Shown: positions 1-9,344 of the stretch, piece after piece | Position numbering within the stretch: position 1 is the first letter of the stretch | Layout of the letters: every line of letters begins with the position of its first letter | Assembly: GCA_902800905.1 (NCBI GenBank) | Contig: CADCGC010000002.1 | Location: 59,774 to 123,773 of the forward strand | Length of the DNA stretch: 64,000 nucleotides | Direction of reading: 5' to 3' | From: an uncultured Erysipelotrichaceae bacterium | Lineage (GTDB): Bacteria > Bacillota_I > Bacilli_A > RFN20 > CAG-826 | The notes under the pieces: model-generated | The model's database searches: none | What the model was told of the DNA's origin: nothing | Seen by the model: only the letters and a program-made list of their open reading frames with translations | Made by a program: the position numbers and the translations under genes

Positions 1-76
1 AGACCTTTGCTATTCAAGAATATCATTTACCGATATATCACTATATTTGTATGGAATTAGAAAAAAGGATTTGACT

Positions 77-2242
77 ATGAAAAGAAAAGGCAGAGTAACA
101 ATTCCAACGGATGAGACTTTTGTTGAAGAAACAAAAGTTATTGCGGATTTATGGGGCGCTGATGCGGTTAGAGATTGTGATGGTGTTTCTCTTCCAAAAA
201 ACGCCAGAGAACTAGCGGATAAAGTATATAATACTTACTTTGTCGTTAGAGGAGATAATGAATGGGGAAGAAAACATCCAGAAGAAGCTCCTTGTGCCTT
301 TTTGATGTCTACTAAACGGATTGCCACTAATAATCAATTATCGTTTGATGTTCAACGTGGATATCATCCAGATCAAGTTAAACCAGCTTTTGACAAATTG
401 TCTTACTGGCAAGTATTTGATTTAACCGAGAACGTCGAAGTTAAAAACTTTGAATTAAAAGGCGATAAGCTTGTTGTTAATAATTTAAAAGCATTTCATG
501 AATATGTTGTCTATTTCCTTGCAAGAATCACTTGGCATCCAACTCAAGTTTATAATTACATTACTAATAATTGGACTTGTGAAAAGCAGCTCATTTATGA
601 TCCTGCCTATCCAAATACCGCCGAATATATTAAAGAATATATGCAAAAGTGGCTAGATGAACATCCAGAAACTAGCGTTGTTAGATTTACCACATTCCTA
701 TATAACTTTTCACTTTTCTTCAATGAAGAAGGAAAAGAAAAGTTTGTTGATTGGTTTGGTTATGGCTTAGCGTGTTCACCAGCCTTACTTGAAAAATTTA
801 AACAAGAATACGGCTATGAATTAAAAGCTAAAGATTTTATTGATGGTGGATGTTTTAATAATCCATTTAGGCTACCTTCTAAAGAATTTAAAGATTATAT
901 GAAATTCTTACAGAAGTTTGTCACATCGACAATTAGAGGGCTTGTTGATATTGTTCATAAGAATAATAGAGAAGCAATGATGTTCCTTGGTGATGATTGG
1001 ATTGGTAGCGAACCATATGGTGAATATTTTAAAGATATGAATCTTGATAGTGTGGTTGGCTCTATTGGTGGTGGTGTCACTGTGAGAATGCTCGCAGAGA
1101 TTCCGCACGTTAAAATCCATGAAGGAAGATTCTTACCATATTTCTTTCCTGATACATTCTTTGAAGGAAATGAAGAGAATGCAGTTAAGGAATTAAATAA
1201 GAATTGGACAACCGCTAGAAGAGCGTTATTAAGAAAACCATTAGATAGAATGGGCTTTGGTGGCTATCTTTCTTTGGCTGCCAAGTTCCCAAAATTTGTT
1301 AATCGCGTTAGTGAGATATGTGATGAATTTAGATATATCTATGATATGAGTAGCAAATGCGAACCAAAATCATTCTTAACAGTCGCTATTTTAAATGCCT
1401 GGGGAAAGATTAGAAGTTGGCAATCACATATGGTTGCTCATGAATTATGGTATCAACAAATTTATTCATATCAAGGTGTGCTTGAGTCATTAAGCGGATT
1501 ACCTGTTAATGTTAAATTCGTTTCTTTTGATGATGTGATTAATCATGATGTTGATTCAGACATTGATGTCATCATTAATGTCGGTGATGAAGGGACAGCG
1601 TATTCAGGTGGAAAATATTGGAATAACCCAGTTCTTATAGCGAAATTAAGAAAATGGGTTGCTGATGGACATGGATTTATTGGAGTAGGAGAACCAACCG
1701 CTTTCACTAAAGATGACACTTGCTTTGCTTTGAAAGATGTTCTCGGTGTTGATAAGGAAAAAGGATTCACTTTATCTAATGATAAATACAATATCCAAAA
1801 GAAAGAGCATTTCATTACTGACGGACTTGACGATATTGATTATGGAGAAGGAATGAAGAATATTTACGCTTTAGACAACACAGAAGTTCTGGATATTGAG
1901 TTCTCTAATCGGTTTGTAAGAAATGTTAATGTTGGTGAGGTAAAATTAGTCGCTAACGAATATTTCAAAGGTCGAGGAGTTTATATTGCTGGCCTTCCTT
2001 ATAGCTCTAATAATGCGAGATTATTATATAAAGCCTTATTATGGGTATCACATAAAGAATCTCAACTTGAAAGAGCGTTCTCATCTAACAAAGATATTGA
2101 ATGCACATATTATGAAAAGAGTAGAACTTATTGTTTGATTAACAATTCATTCAAAGAGCAAAAGACAACATTCTATAATATAGATGGAAACAAAAAAGAA
2201 GTTATTGTTCCACAAAATGGTATATTGTGGATAAAAGAATAA
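77..2242 (+). CDS. GH112 beta-1,3-galactosyl-N-acetylhexosamine phosphorylase-like (lacto-N-biose / galacto-N-biose phosphorylase family; could also be the Gal-beta1,4-Rha phosphorylase branch)
   Basis: Long ORF with the start trimmed to the ATG at 77 behind AAGGA. The conserved blocks GRVTIPTDETF..WGADAVRDCDGV, VVRFTTFLYNFSLFF, MMFLGDDWIGSEPY, GRFLPYFFPDTFFEGN, GGYLSLAAKFPKF, DIDVIIN and GRGVYIAGLPYSSNNARLL match what I recall of Bifidobacterium LnpA-type GH112 enzymes (~720-750 aa). Confidence 0.72.
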   Translation: MKRKGRVTIPTDETFVEETKVIADLWGADAVRDCDGVSLPKNARELADKVYNTYFVVRGDNEWGRKHPEEAPCAFLMSTKRIATNNQLSFDVQRGYHPDQVKPAFDKLSYWQVFDLTENVEVKNFELKGDKLVVNNLKAFHEYVVYFLARITWHPTQVYNYITNNWTCEKQLIYDPAYPNTAEYIKEYMQKWLDEHPETSVVRFTTFLYNFSLFFNEEGKEKFVDWFGYGLACSPALLEKFKQEYGYELKAKDFIDGGCFNNPFRLPSKEFKDYMKFLQKFVTSTIRGLVDIVHKNNREAMMFLGDDWIGSEPYGEYFKDMNLDSVVGSIGGGVTVRMLAEIPHVKIHEGRFLPYFFPDTFFEGNEENAVKELNKNWTTARRALLRKPLDRMGFGGYLSLAAKFPKFVNRVSEICDEFRYIYDMSSKCEPKSFLTVAILNAWGKIRSWQSHMVAHELWYQQIYSYQGVLESLSGLPVNVKFVSFDDVINHDVDSDIDVIINVGDEGTAYSGGKYWNNPVLIAKLRKWVADGHGFIGVGEPTAFTKDDTCFALKDVLGVDKEKGFTLSNDKYNIQKKEHFITDGLDDIDYGEGMKNIYALDNTEVLDIEFSNRFVRNVNVGEVKLVANEYFKGRGVYIAGLPYSSNNARLLYKALLWVSHKESQLERAFSSNKDIECTYYEKSRTYCLINNSFKEQKTTFYNIDGNKKEVIVPQNGILWIKE

Positions 2243-2254
2243 TGGAGAAAAGTT

Positions 2255-3247
2255 ATGGCAAAAGTTATCAACACAAAAATCGTTAAGAATCTTCCTTGGG
2301 AAGATAGACCAGAAGGATACTTCTTACCTGTATGGAGATACAGCAAGAATCCTGTTATTGACCGTAATGTAAATCGCACAATTGAAAGAACATTCAATAG
2401 TGGATTCGTTCCTTTTGGAGATGGTTTCGTTGGTGTTTTTAGAGGCGACACATATACAGGAATATATAAACTATTCGTTGGTCGATCTAAAGATGGACTT
2501 CATTTCGATATTGATGAAACTCCAATTAAATTCGTTGACAAAAACGGTAATCCCGTGGAAGAAACCCGTTATTCTTATGATCCAAGAGTAGTTGAACTCG
2601 AAGGCTCTTATTACATCATCTTTGCTGATAACTATAACGAAGTAACAATTGGCATTGCTAAAACCGATGATTTTAAAACCTTTACAAAATTAGAATATCC
2701 ATTTATTCCAAACTGTCGTAATGGAGCGTTGTTCCCAAGAAAAATTAATGGAAAATATATGATTCTTTCTAGACCTAGCGATAACGCAGCGTCAATGTTT
2801 GGAAATATGTTCATTAGTGAATCAAGCGACCTAGAATATTGGGGACATCATCGTCTCATTACTAGAAACGGATGGGCTAATTGGAACGGAGTTAAATGTG
2901 GCGGTGGTCCAGTTCCAATTGAAACAGATGAAGGATGGCTCGTTATTACTCACGGTGTTCTTTATAACGTTAATAATGTTGTCTATTCAATGGGGGCGAT
3001 TGTTCTTGATAAAGATGATCCTTCAAAAGTTATTCATAAATGTGAAAACTTCTTGTTAACTCCACAAGCGATATATGAAACAACCGGACACACTCCAAAT
3101 GTTGTCTTCCCTACTAATGTCTTAGTTGGTGAAAACGGCAAACTCGCTATTTATTATGGAGCAGCAGATTGTTGTACTTGTTTAGCTTTTACAACACTTG
3201 ACATATTAATGGATTACATAAAAGAACACGATTGTGTTAACAAGTAA
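2255..3247 (+). CDS. GH130-family glycoside phosphorylase-like protein (beta-mannoside phosphorylase family, DUF377)
   Basis: 330 aa with a PWEDRPEGYF..W.YSKNPV N-terminus and repeated beta-propeller-like blades typical of GH130. It starts 12 nt after the GH112 gene and is followed by a bidirectional terminator. Confidence 0.55.
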   Translation: MAKVINTKIVKNLPWEDRPEGYFLPVWRYSKNPVIDRNVNRTIERTFNSGFVPFGDGFVGVFRGDTYTGIYKLFVGRSKDGLHFDIDETPIKFVDKNGNPVEETRYSYDPRVVELEGSYYIIFADNYNEVTIGIAKTDDFKTFTKLEYPFIPNCRNGALFPRKINGKYMILSRPSDNAASMFGNMFISESSDLEYWGHHRLITRNGWANWNGVKCGGGPVPIETDEGWLVITHGVLYNVNNVVYSMGAIVLDKDDPSKVIHKCENFLLTPQAIYETTGHTPNVVFPTNVLVGENGKLAIYYGAADCCTCLAFTTLDILMDYIKEHDCVNK

Positions 3248-3253
3248 AAAATG

Positions 3254-3283
3254 AAGTCGGAATTTCCGGCTTCTTATTTTTTA
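3254..3283. terminator. bidirectional rho-independent terminator between convergent genes
   Basis: GAAGTCGGAA/TTCCGGCTTC hairpin with one G-U pair, flanked by an A-run upstream and T-run downstream, so it works on both strands. Confidence 0.7.
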
Positions 3284-3579
3284 CTAAAGTAACTAATCAT
3301 ATTCTTTAGTGTGTTTCTTAATATTTTATTGGTTTTCCCAAACTTTCCATACACAGATACATTAACCAAAGCTTTATGGTCTTCTTCACTGATTGTGAAG
3401 GTGAATTCAAAACCATTTTGTTTTGCAAATATTTCAAAGTAATCAGGATTTGGTTCTATTTCCTCAAAGTTACTGGCTTCTAACCATTCCTTTACTAAGG
3501 AAAAACATCTTGGTTGTGATATTTCAACAATGAATGGTGAAACATTAGTTCCTTCTTTTGATTGAGAATAACCGTTCAT
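3274..3579 (-). CDS. small hypothetical protein (~101 aa) immediately downstream of the ABC ATPase gene
   Basis: ORF-track ORF 3274..3624 trimmed to the internal Met at 3579, 2 nt after the ATPase stop. It ends exactly at the terminator hairpin. No recognisable motif. Confidence 0.3.
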   Translation of the reverse strand: MNGYSQSKEGTNVSPFIVEISQPRCFSLVKEWLEASNFEEIEPNPDYFEIFAKQNGFEFTFTISEEDHKALVNVSVYGKFGKTNKILRNTLKNMISYFSKK

Positions 3580-3580
3580 A

Positions 3581-4876
3581 TTATTTATTTTCTTCAAACA
3601 AGACACTTTCTGTTGTGTCTTCATCGAATAGATGGGTTTTCTTTAAATTGAAAACATATTTGTTGCTATCATCTTGTTTGATGTTCCATTTAGCGTTGAC
3701 TTTAATTGAAATTTTTTCGTCTTTGATTTCAGTATAGACAATTCTTTCATAACCAAGAAGTTCAACAAAGTTGCATTTTAGTTCGATTGGCTTACTAGCG
3801 TTTTCTTTGTTTGGGTCATCTGCAAGATAGATATCTTCTGGTCTTACTCCAAGAATTAAATCGTGTTTGTTTCCATTAATAATGCTTTCAACTTTATCAA
3901 TTAACGCTTTATGTTTTTTTAATTCTTCATCATTATCAAATTCGATTGGTTTTTTACGTTTGCTGTTTTCAATCGATTTGTTATATTCTTCAATTTCAGA
4001 ATATCTTTCAGTGTATTGCTTCTTTACTTTTAAAAGTAAATTGGAATAGTAATTATCGTGCTTTTTAATTTCTTCTTTATTCAAAGAATATTCTAAAGAA
4101 TCTGCAACAAGAATCTTACCTTTATCATATGTTACTTTTATGAAGTTCATTGATGGACTACCAATGAATCCGGCAACAAAGATATTCACTGGATGAGAAT
4201 ATAATTCTTCTGGAGTTCCGATTTGTTGAATATAGCCATCTTTCATAACAACAATACGATCCGCCATAGTCATCGCTTCGGTTTGGTCGTGGGTAACATA
4301 AATTGTGGTTGCTCCGACTTTTTGATGAATCTTAATGATTTCACTTCTCATTTGAACTCTTAATTTAGCGTCCAAATTACTTAAAGGCTCATCCATTAAG
4401 AAGACTTTTGGCTCTCTAACGATTGCTCTACCTAAAGCCACTCTTTGACGTTGTCCACCAGAAAGGGCTTTTGGCTTTCTATCTAAGTATTGTTTTAATC
4501 CAAGGATTTCTGCAGCGGCTTGAATTCTTTTATCAATCTCTTCTTTACTCATATGTCTAATTCTTAGACCGAACGCCATATTTTCATATACAGACATATG
4601 TGGGTATAGAGCATAGCTTTGGAACACCATTGCGATGTCACGATCTTTTGGATGGACTTCATTGACTAGCTTATCGTCGATATATAATTCGCCGTCGGTG
4701 ATTTCTTCTAGTCCCGCTACCATTCTTAAAGTTGTGGATTTCCCGCATCCTGATGGACCGACAAAAACAATGAATTCTTTGTCATTGACTTCTAAGTTAA
4801 AATCAAAAACAGCCTGAACATTGTTGTCATATATTTTGTTAATATTAACAAATTTTAAAGATGACATATTTTGCAC
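3581..4876 (-). CDS. sugar ABC transporter ATP-binding protein, MalK/MsmX/UgpC family, with a ~60-70 aa insertion in the C-terminal regulatory domain
   Basis: Walker [11 protein letters not shown]-loop, ABC signature [15 protein letters not shown], Walker [13 protein letters not shown] and H-loop. At 431 aa it is longer than the typical ~370 aa. Confidence 0.9.
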   Translation of the reverse strand: MQNMSSLKFVNINKIYDNNVQAVFDFNLEVNDKEFIVFVGPSGCGKSTTLRMVAGLEEITDGELYIDDKLVNEVHPKDRDIAMVFQSYALYPHMSVYENMAFGLRIRHMSKEEIDKRIQAAAEILGLKQYLDRKPKALSGGQRQRVALGRAIVREPKVFLMDEPLSNLDAKLRVQMRSEIIKIHQKVGATTIYVTHDQTEAMTMADRIVVMKDGYIQQIGTPEELYSHPVNIFVAGFIGSPSMNFIKVTYDKGKILVADSLEYSLNKEEIKKHDNYYSNLLLKVKKQYTERYSEIEEYNKSIENSKRKKPIEFDNDEELKKHKALIDKVESIINGNKHDLILGVRPEDIYLADDPNKENASKPIELKCNFVELLGYERIVYTEIKDEKISIKVNAKWNIKQDDSNKYVFNLKKTHLFDEDTTESVLFEENK

Positions 4877-4892
4877 CTCGAAAACATTTTGC

Positions 4893-4917
4893 TAATAAGA
4901 TGTTATCACACTTATTA
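4893..4917. promoter_or_regulatory. perfect 7-bp inverted repeat TAATAAG-N11-CTTATTA in the divergent promoter region (candidate operator)
   Basis: Read directly from the sequence. It overlaps the putative -35 of the promoter facing the FucU-like gene. Confidence 0.3.
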
Positions 4918-4932
4918 GTTAAATAGTATAAT
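4903..4932 (+). promoter_or_regulatory. putative sigma-70-type promoter (TTATCA-N18-TATAAT) for the FucU/RDD genes
   Basis: TATAAT at about 4927-4932, 28 nt upstream of the ATG at 4960, with a weak -35. Confidence 0.35.
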
Positions 4933-4959
4933 ATTATTCGTATATACGAGGTCAAAACT

Positions 4960-5382
4960 ATGCTTTATCATGTTCCAAAAATTATTTCTCCTTCTCTACT
5001 TAAGGCACTTTGTGAAATGGGTCATGGAGATGAACTTGTCATTGCGGATGCAAATTATCCAAGCGAGACAAATGGTAAAAGAGTCGTTCGCGCGGATGGA
5101 CTTGGAGGAGAGGAACTCCTTGAAGCAATTTTAGAGTTGATGCCTTTAGACACATATTCTGAATTTAATATGCTTTTAATGAACACCACAAACGGAGATC
5201 CAACTCCAGAAATTTGGGCAAAATATCAAGCAATAGCAAATAAGAAAGACAAGAACACAAAGATTGGATTTCTTGAAAGAAATGAATTCTATGAAAGAAG
5301 TAGAAGCGCCTATGTCATTGTTGCTAGCGGTGAAGAAGCAGTATACGCAAATATCATTCTTAAAAAGGGAGTTATTAAGTAA
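4960..5382 (+). CDS. RbsD/FucU family sugar mutarotase (L-fucose mutarotase or D-ribose pyranase)
   Basis: 140 aa. The N-terminus MLYHVPKIISPSLLKALCEMGHGDELVIADANYP matches the RbsD/FucU family signature. Confidence 0.75.
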   Translation: MLYHVPKIISPSLLKALCEMGHGDELVIADANYPSETNGKRVVRADGLGGEELLEAILELMPLDTYSEFNMLLMNTTNGDPTPEIWAKYQAIANKKDKNTKIGFLERNEFYERSRSAYVIVASGEEAVYANIILKKGVIK

Positions 5383-5385
5383 TTA

Positions 5386-6450
5386 ATGGCGATACCTACA
5401 AGTTCTAACATCACAAAGCCAAATTTGTTTTCAAGAATCGTAGCCTTTGCTATCGATTTTTCTCTTGTTGTGTTTTTGAGTTATTTCAGTTCAAGATTAA
5501 TCTATACTGGCTTTCAAAATTCAAACACAGAACTAAGTGTTGCAGTTCAGGGTGAGAGCAAACATATCGTTTCATCTCATTTAGCACAAAAAGATAGTAG
5601 TGGTAGTTATATTTCATACGCTGAAACAGAGTATTTTGATATAACTGAAACAGGTTTTAAGATTATTGATTCTTTATCATATTTTTATTTGGCCTATTTA
5701 GTGGGAGATACCTCTAAGGCAATTAATGGGGATGTTGTTTCACCAAACGCAGATGTTGAGATGGATGTTGGTGGAGTAAAAACAACTCCAAGGAATTTAT
5801 ATACAGTCTCTTGGTTTAATGAAAATGTTTTATCTCTCCCTAAAGAAGGAGAATCTCCAAAATATGATTATTTTGAATATTACAAAACCGCTGGAGATGA
5901 AATCGATTATTCAAGAGTTGGAAAAGTAAATGCGAAATATATTAAAGCTGAAGTTGTTGATGAAACTGAAAAGATTTATGTTGACGCTCCAGCAGAGATG
6001 ACTAGTTATGCCTATCATCAGTATAAGAAAGCAATTGATAATCTATTCGATCAAAACTATATGGTGGAATTTAACAAAACCAAAACTTCTACTAATCAGT
6101 TAATTACATTACTATCACGTGAATTCTTTGTCTTAGTCTTCTTTGTTTTAATTCCTCTATTAACTAAACACGGAAAAACTTTGGGTAAATTATTATTTAG
6201 ACTTAAACTTGTTAATTTTGAGGGTGAGGATATTAAAAAATGGCAAGTGTTACCCCGCTCGCTAACTTTTATTGCTATTCCTCTCCTTTTATATTTAGTT
6301 ACTAATTTCTATATTCAATTAGGAATAATTTCGGGAATCATTGTTGTTTCAATTGTTTTATTTGTTATTGATAAGCAAAACAAAAGAGCGCTTCACGACT
6401 ATATTGCTCGTACAGTTGTGTCGGATGATACAATTACCTCAGAAAATTGA
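5386..6450 (+). CDS. RDD-family integral membrane protein with a large extracytoplasmic insert
   Basis: An N-terminal hydrophobic segment with R..D, TM helices near the C-terminus, and a terminal ...RALHDYIARTVV motif characteristic of the RDD family (PF06271). Confidence 0.5.
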   Translation: MAIPTSSNITKPNLFSRIVAFAIDFSLVVFLSYFSSRLIYTGFQNSNTELSVAVQGESKHIVSSHLAQKDSSGSYISYAETEYFDITETGFKIIDSLSYFYLAYLVGDTSKAINGDVVSPNADVEMDVGGVKTTPRNLYTVSWFNENVLSLPKEGESPKYDYFEYYKTAGDEIDYSRVGKVNAKYIKAEVVDETEKIYVDAPAEMTSYAYHQYKKAIDNLFDQNYMVEFNKTKTSTNQLITLLSREFFVLVFFVLIPLLTKHGKTLGKLLFRLKLVNFEGEDIKKWQVLPRSLTFIAIPLLLYLVTNFYIQLGIISGIIVVSIVLFVIDKQNKRALHDYIARTVVSDDTITSEN

Positions 6451-6478
6451 TAAACAAAATATTAAACTATTGTATAAT
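6447..6478 (+). promoter_or_regulatory. putative extended -10 promoter (TGTATAAT) for the 917-aa lipoprotein gene
   Basis: TTGTATAAT at about 6470-6478, ~80 nt upstream of the ATG at 6558. The -35 is poor. Confidence 0.4.
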
Positions 6479-6557
6479 ATTTATATTAGTGAAAGTGTTT
6501 ATAACGATTATAGATGCTTTTTGATATGAAACCATAATGGCAGAAAGGAATTCATTT

Positions 6558-9290
6558 ATGAATTTTAAGAAAACTTCATTATTGTTTGTTGCTGGTATGG
6601 CAGGAGCAATGTTAGTTTCGTGTACTCCAAAAACAACATACTACAACATTAAATTTTTTAACGATGACGGAACTCTTCTTCAGGAATCTAAAGTAGAAAA
6701 AGACAAGATGCCTGAATACAAGGGAAATGATCCGGTTAAGGACGCAACAGCAGAGTATACATATACTTTTAGTGGTTGGAGTCCTGAACTTGCACCTGCA
6801 ACCAAGGATGCATCTTACACTGCGACATATTCCTCTACGAAGAACTCTTACACAATCAAGTTTGTCAATTATGATGGCGAAGAATTATCTAGTCAATCAT
6901 ATGAATATGGTGCGATGCCTGAATACACAGGAAACGACCCAGAAAAAGCACCAACAGTGGACACTGTTTATGAATTTAGTGGTTGGACTCCAGAAGTAGT
7001 TAGAGTTACAGGTAACGCCACATATACAGCGACATTTACAAGTTCTACAAGAAAATACACAGTTACTTTTGCCGACTGCAACCTTGACCCAGTAGAAGTT
7101 GAATATAATCAAACACTTGAAGAACCTGAAGATCCTGAAAAGGCAGCTACTGAGGATTATGTTTATTTCTTCACTGGCTGGACATTAAATGGCGAGCCAT
7201 ATGACTTTGATTCAAAAATAACTGGTGATATAGTCCTTAACGCTAATTGGGAAGCTGTCAGTGCTAAAGAACACGGAAATAGATGTACATACATTCATTA
7301 TCCGGAGAAGGAAGCAACATATTTAGAAGCAGGACACGCTGAATTCTGGTATTGCGAACTTCATAAAAATTATTTAGCAGAAGAACCAACCGTTGGAACA
7401 ATTGAAGAAGCCGAAGAAGATTTTGAAGGCACTGTACCCGAAGGCATCGAAGTTTATCCTGTTCTTGAAGGTGGAGACAAATATCTTACTATCGATGTTG
7501 GTGGTGATGACACTAAAGACAAAGCTGCTCTTTGGACAAAAGATAGATATGAAGATATTTTAGGAATTACTTTCAAAGCCAGAATCAGTGGTGGAAGAAA
7601 AGACGAGTCAAAGACCCCATGGATTGGATTCACATTTGATGCCGACCACACTTTATATAACAACCCAGTATTTGCTTCTGATAAATATGTCTTTGATAAT
7701 CACTGGCGTGTTTATTCAATTTCTGTTGACTTAAAAAACGGACCTGCAAACTTTGTTTACGCAAAAGGTGAGTTTGCTGAAGGAAGCAAGTTGGATATTG
7801 ATAACATTTCTATTACATACGCAGATGGAACAGCTTTTGAAAACTTTGATGGTGAAGAATCATTATTTGAATTTGATGAAGATGTAGCCAAATATAATGC
7901 GGTTAGAAAAGACAATACATTCTTTAGAATTAATATTGAAACCGACAAGCAAAACACTGGTGATAATGCATTAGGATTTTCTATTAAGAAATATGATTCA
8001 ATCTCTAAAGTCTCTTATAAGATGAGAGTTACTGCAGAAACTCCTGATGTTGATGATCACGGAACACCAAAATGGGCTGGTATTGGTGTTGCTAATAATC
8101 ATGACTTATACACTAATATGAGAACAGCGTCATACTTGTTTGATGGAGAATGGCATTCATATAATGCTTCATATACATTAGAAAGCGGATTTGTTAACCT
8201 TATTCATAATTCTGGCCAATTCTTTGCTGGAACAACGCTCGATTTCGATGATATTGAAATCACATATGAAGATGGCACTGTTGTCGATTCATTTGAAGAA
8301 GCATTTATATTTACTGGAACATTTGAATACGTTCAAACCAAAGACGCTCGTTATGCTCAATTTGCGTATCTTGAATCAGAAGAGATTTTACCTCCAACAA
8401 ATTGCTTTGCAAGAATCAATCTTTCAACAATGCAATCCTCATCTCCTTTATATTCAAATGAGATGTTTACAAATATCACAAATATCCAATTTGATTATCG
8501 TTTAACAACAAAAAAGAATGCTTGGTGGGGCTTTGGCATTTCAACATATGTTGAACCAACATGTTATGACACCGATCCGGGTCACGTTGATTGGAAAGTA
8601 ATGCCTGGAAATGGTAACGCAGATGGACAATGGCATAGAGAAGTATCTCTAGCGATGAATGGTGGTACAGGCAGATTTAAATTTGTTTTTGCCGCTAACG
8701 AATTTGATGCTACTGGTTCGACAATGGATTTAGACAACATTATTATCACTTATGATAATGGCAAGACTGCAGTATTTGACTTCTTAGGTGATATGCCAAT
8801 TAAGACAACTGCTTCATTCATTCCTGAAGAACCAGAAGAACCAGAAGTTTTAGTGGATTGCTATGCAAGAATCAACCTTTCTACAAACGAATCATTATCA
8901 CCATTTGTTTCAGTAGATCAATTTGAAGATATTAGCAATATTACATTTGACTATCGTTTGACCACTACAAAGAATTCTTGGTGGGGATTTGGTGTTTCTA
9001 CTAAAGATAATCCAAACGTCTATGATAGTGGATGTAATGTTTGTTGGAAAACAATTAGTGGAAACGGCACTCCTGATGGTGAGTGGCATCAAGGTTCTAT
9101 CAACATTACTGGAACAGGTAGATTTGTCTTCATCTTCGCTGCTGGTGAATTTGATTCAAGCGATTCTACACTTGATTTAGATAACATTGTTCTTACCTAT
9201 AATAGTGGAGAAACCGTAACATTTGATTTTACTGATGTAAGTAAATTTAATGTTAAAACAAATCTTGTTACTTTCATTCCACAAGAATAG
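6558..9290 (+). CDS. surface lipoprotein with three Listeria/Bacteroides-type (Flg_new) repeats, a Cys/His mini-module and two tandem WWGFG beta-sandwich (CBM-like) domains
   Basis: Start trimmed to MNFKK behind GAAAGGAA. Lipobox LVSC. The repeat architecture is read directly from the translation. No catalytic motif recognised. Confidence 0.6.
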   Translation: MNFKKTSLLFVAGMAGAMLVSCTPKTTYYNIKFFNDDGTLLQESKVEKDKMPEYKGNDPVKDATAEYTYTFSGWSPELAPATKDASYTATYSSTKNSYTIKFVNYDGEELSSQSYEYGAMPEYTGNDPEKAPTVDTVYEFSGWTPEVVRVTGNATYTATFTSSTRKYTVTFADCNLDPVEVEYNQTLEEPEDPEKAATEDYVYFFTGWTLNGEPYDFDSKITGDIVLNANWEAVSAKEHGNRCTYIHYPEKEATYLEAGHAEFWYCELHKNYLAEEPTVGTIEEAEEDFEGTVPEGIEVYPVLEGGDKYLTIDVGGDDTKDKAALWTKDRYEDILGITFKARISGGRKDESKTPWIGFTFDADHTLYNNPVFASDKYVFDNHWRVYSISVDLKNGPANFVYAKGEFAEGSKLDIDNISITYADGTAFENFDGEESLFEFDEDVAKYNAVRKDNTFFRINIETDKQNTGDNALGFSIKKYDSISKVSYKMRVTAETPDVDDHGTPKWAGIGVANNHDLYTNMRTASYLFDGEWHSYNASYTLESGFVNLIHNSGQFFAGTTLDFDDIEITYEDGTVVDSFEEAFIFTGTFEYVQTKDARYAQFAYLESEEILPPTNCFARINLSTMQSSSPLYSNEMFTNITNIQFDYRLTTKKNAWWGFGISTYVEPTCYDTDPGHVDWKVMPGNGNADGQWHREVSLAMNGGTGRFKFVFAANEFDATGSTMDLDNIIITYDNGKTAVFDFLGDMPIKTTASFIPEEPEEPEVLVDCYARINLSTNESLSPFVSVDQFEDISNITFDYRLTTTKNSWWGFGVSTKDNPNVYDSGCNVCWKTISGNGTPDGEWHQGSINITGTGRFVFIFAAGEFDSSDSTLDLDNIVLTYNSGETVTFDFTDVSKFNVKTNLVTFIPQE
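6637..7260 (+). repeat. 3 tandem ~70-aa repeats (Y.Y.F.GW.P.......Y.A.(Y/F)), Listeria-Bacteroides/Flg_new-like
   Basis: YTYTFSGWSPELAP..ASYTATYSST, YEFSGWTPEVVR..ATYTATFTSS and YFFTGWTLNGEP..DIVLNANWEA. Confidence 0.55.
8403..9260 (+). repeat. tandem duplication of a ~150-aa beta-sandwich module (C(F/Y)ARINLST...FDYRLTT.KN.WWGFG(I/V)ST...DG.WH...TG.GRF.F.FAA.EFD...ST.DLDNI..TY)
   Basis: The two copies are ~60-70% identical at the DNA level, for example tgctttgcaagaatcaatctttc vs tgctatgcaagaatcaacctttc and ggtggggctttggcatttc vs ggtggggatttggtgtttc. Confidence 0.7.
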
Positions 9291-9304
9291 ATTTAAATAA
9301 TAAT

Positions 9305-9328
9305 TGGTCTGGTTTAAGCCAGACCTTT
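9305..9328 (+). terminator. rho-independent terminator after the surface lipoprotein gene
   Basis: GGTCTGG-tttaag-CCAGACC followed by TTTT. Confidence 0.6.
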
Positions 9329-9344
9329 TCGTTGGAGTGTCATT

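Noticed and set aside
908-2451. Several 60-92-aa antisense ORFs within the GH112 gene (908-1120, 1543-1815, 2173-2451)
   Set aside because: They are internal to a long conserved gene. The antisense translations have no features.
6341-6529. 62-aa ORF spanning the end of the RDD gene and the promoter region
   Set aside because: It overlaps a coding 3' end and an AT-rich promoter. There is no RBS. It is most likely chance.
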